Shown here: positions 63,387 through 64,000 of the stretch, piece by piece | Layout: each line of letters starts with the position of its first letter | Position numbering within the stretch: position 1 is the first letter of the stretch | Assembly (NCBI GenBank): GCA_036785375.1 | Contig: JAWMAR010000227.1 | Span: 1,116,001-1,180,000, forward strand | Length of the DNA stretch: 64,000 nt | Direction: 5' to 3' | From: Leucoraja ocellata | Lineage: Eukaryota | Program-made: the position numbers and the translations under genes | The notes under the pieces: generated by a model | The model's database searches: none | What the model was told of the DNA's origin: nothing | Seen by the model: the letters and a program-made list of their open reading frames with translations, nothing else

Positions 63387-64000
63387 GACTCAAAATGTCA
63401 CCCATTCCTTTTAACCAGAGATGCTGTTTGTCTCCAGCATTTCATGTCTATGGTGTAAACCAGCAGCTGTTTCAGATGTCATTACAGCTTTGGCTCAGAC
63501 ATGGGTAGCAGCTGAATTAGACAAGGGGGAGGGGGTGAATAATCTTGATATGCAATGAAGCATTTGACACTAATTGCCCCCTACTGAAAATAAAATTGGC
63601 ACAGTTCACTATGACAACACTTCCACTGACTAGAGTAATACCTTCAGCAAAGAAATTTGTGGAAGTAGTTGGAATTTGATCAGCTCAGGTCTTGTCTGTT
63701 TCATGAACAAGCTTCAATTTGAGCGTGATGAATGTTTGCTATTTGCACAGCGTTCGGTTTCCATTGCGGCAACTCCAACAATGAGTTAATCATTAGGAGT
63801 AGATGCGAGGAACAGGAGATGCTGTTTTACAAAAACAGACACACAAAGGGATGGAGTAACTCAGCAGGTCAGGCAGCATCTCTGGAGAAGGTGGATAGGT
63901 GACGTTTCAGGTCGGGACCAGTCTTCAGACTCCAACTGAAAATTAAATTGACACGATTCAGTTGGATGTCAGAAGAAGGATTCCTACCCGAAGCATCGCC

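Noticed and set aside
63589-63594. AATAAA as poly(A) signal of the canonical last exon
   Set aside because: Lies 1.5 kb past the stop, beyond TE insertions; no way to prefer it over non-canonical or more distal signals.

Overview
Eukaryotic, transposon-rich intronic DNA, almost certainly from a cartilaginous fish. HER1/CR1 LINEs, HE1-type V-SINEs, Rex1/Babar and Penelope fragments point to a skate or ray (inference). The only host gene supported is the 3' part of MXRA7 on the + strand. Two internal coding exons (18457-18538, 33511-33601) can splice in frame to any of three candidate terminal exons, giving C-termini ...EEEQR-VELTPDLTSV*, ...EEEQR-AKE* or ...EEEQR-IQRDQLAAIFKLM...LKLYSL*. Exon 1 lies upstream of the window. 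Nearly all listed ORFs are LINE fragments or spurious. The most striking signal is a ~140-bp non-coding retro-insertion at 60970-61108 (minus strand) with an 11-12 bp TSD and an (AAG)n tail. Its first 54 nt fold by hand into a complete minimal HDV/CPEB3-like self-cleaving ribozyme. The window also holds about 25 Penelope pLTR fragments, many with a minimal hammerhead ribozyme motif. Other features are several non-autonomous DNA transposons, a solo LTR nested in a LINE nested in a SINE, a ~2-kb tandem duplication and one 306-N assembly gap. All calls were made by eye; boundaries of degenerate repeats are approximate.
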